Assembly: GCA_963666275.2 (NCBI GenBank)
Contig: CAXXOA010000001.1
Span: forward strand, 960,001-1,024,000
Length of the DNA stretch: 64,000 nt
Direction: 5' to 3'
From: Oceanispirochaeta sp.
GTDB lineage: Bacteria; Spirochaetota; Spirochaetia; DSM-2461
Part shown: in pieces, positions 63,262-64,000 of the stretch
Layout: each line of letters begins with the position of its first letter
Numbering within the stretch: position 1 is the stretch's first letter
Translations under genes and position numbers: made by a program
Notes under the pieces: model-generated
What the model saw: the letters and a program-made list of their open reading frames with translations, nothing else
What the model was told of the DNA's origin: nothing
The model's database searches: none

Positions 63262-63852
63262 ACCCTTGCTGTTGTTATATTTCCTTTTCTTACATGGCAA
63301 TAGTATAATCCATTATGGAGTACTTTAAAATACTGGCTTTTTCATAATTCATATTAAAAATTTTAAATATCTATATTGTAATAAAATGCACTGTCGAAAA
63401 TGATGCCGGAAAATTATGTGTGAATAAAAGGAATTTTCAGGTAATCCTCAATATTCCGTCCGGTCTCGCTGGCATGATTGCTGTCATTGCCGTCATAGAA
63501 GGGAATTTGTTCATTATCCGCGGTCTTCAGGGGTACTCTGAAATTCTGATAGGGACGGAGCTCCTGATGTCTGTACCTGTTATTGTCTCTGCCTGATAGG
63601 CGTAATCTATTAACAGTAAAAATGATTCTCTTTATGGCAGTAGACGTTCTTTGGATGTGAACCCTAACAGCCCGGATCCGTGTTTCAGGTCTGGCGCATC
63701 TCCGGCCGTAGCGATTTCGTTTGACAGCAGGTACGACCCTACTATAATTAAGTTGAGACAGAAATGGCAGAGCCGTTCAAATCAGGGTCATTTACCGGTT
63801 TTCCATCCTATACCTGCTTCCGGTATTGAATCCACTCAGATGAGGGAGATAG

Positions 63853-64000
63853 ATGTTTTTTAAAATAAGTGCGAAAACTCTCCTTTTTATTCTGACTCTA
63901 ATTATCATAGAAAGCCTCTGCTTTGCAGAGGAGCAGGCCATCTCTCTCAGGCTGCAGTGGAAACATCAGTTTGAATTTGCCGGGTTCTATGCGGCAAAGG
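63853..64000 (+). CDS. N-terminus of a protein with an NMT1/THI5-like periplasmic binding domain (runs off window)
   Basis: GAGGGAG RBS; manual translation MFFKISAKTLLFILTLIIIESLCFAEEQAISLRLQWKHQFEFAGFYAAK. Confidence 0.75.
   Translation, partial: MFFKISAKTLLFILTLIIIESLCFAEEQAISLRLQWKHQFEFAGFYAAK

Noticed and set aside
63651..63863. 70-aa ORF
   Set aside because: No RBS or motif; overlaps the start of the better-supported gene at 63853

Overview
Chromosomal window from a spirochaete. The 16S sequence and gene content suggest a free-living Spirochaetales member; this is inference. It contains a complete rRNA operon (16S-tRNA-Ile-23S-5S), a tandem Lys-Glu-Lys-Glu tRNA cluster, and housekeeping genes (tyrA fragment, bactofilin, mtaB, long-form upp, adk, mltD, an AlaX-type editing protein, an aroD-aroE fusion, gcvT-H-PA-PB, pyk). 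It also carries a bacterial XPB helicase with its partner, an AraC/aldolase/TRAP/glycoside hydrolase locus, a qorB/HxlR pair, an RND-MFP-TolC operon and signalling proteins. Most notable observations: (1) a split DUF4037 nucleotidyltransferase-fold / DUF4125 / TPR trio of unknown function; (2) about nine genes whose ATG lies 6-9 nt after a -10 box with no Shine-Dalgarno, suggesting frequent leaderless transcripts; (3) a collapsed PQQ sugar dehydrogenase pseudogene missed by the ORF track; (4) a small tandem zinc-finger gene coupled to adk; (5) mutually complementary spacers in the tRNA cluster; (6) an orphan promoter with a structured ~120-nt candidate sRNA. No CRISPR array, IS element or prophage was seen. 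Family assignments come from motif recognition only, with no database search.
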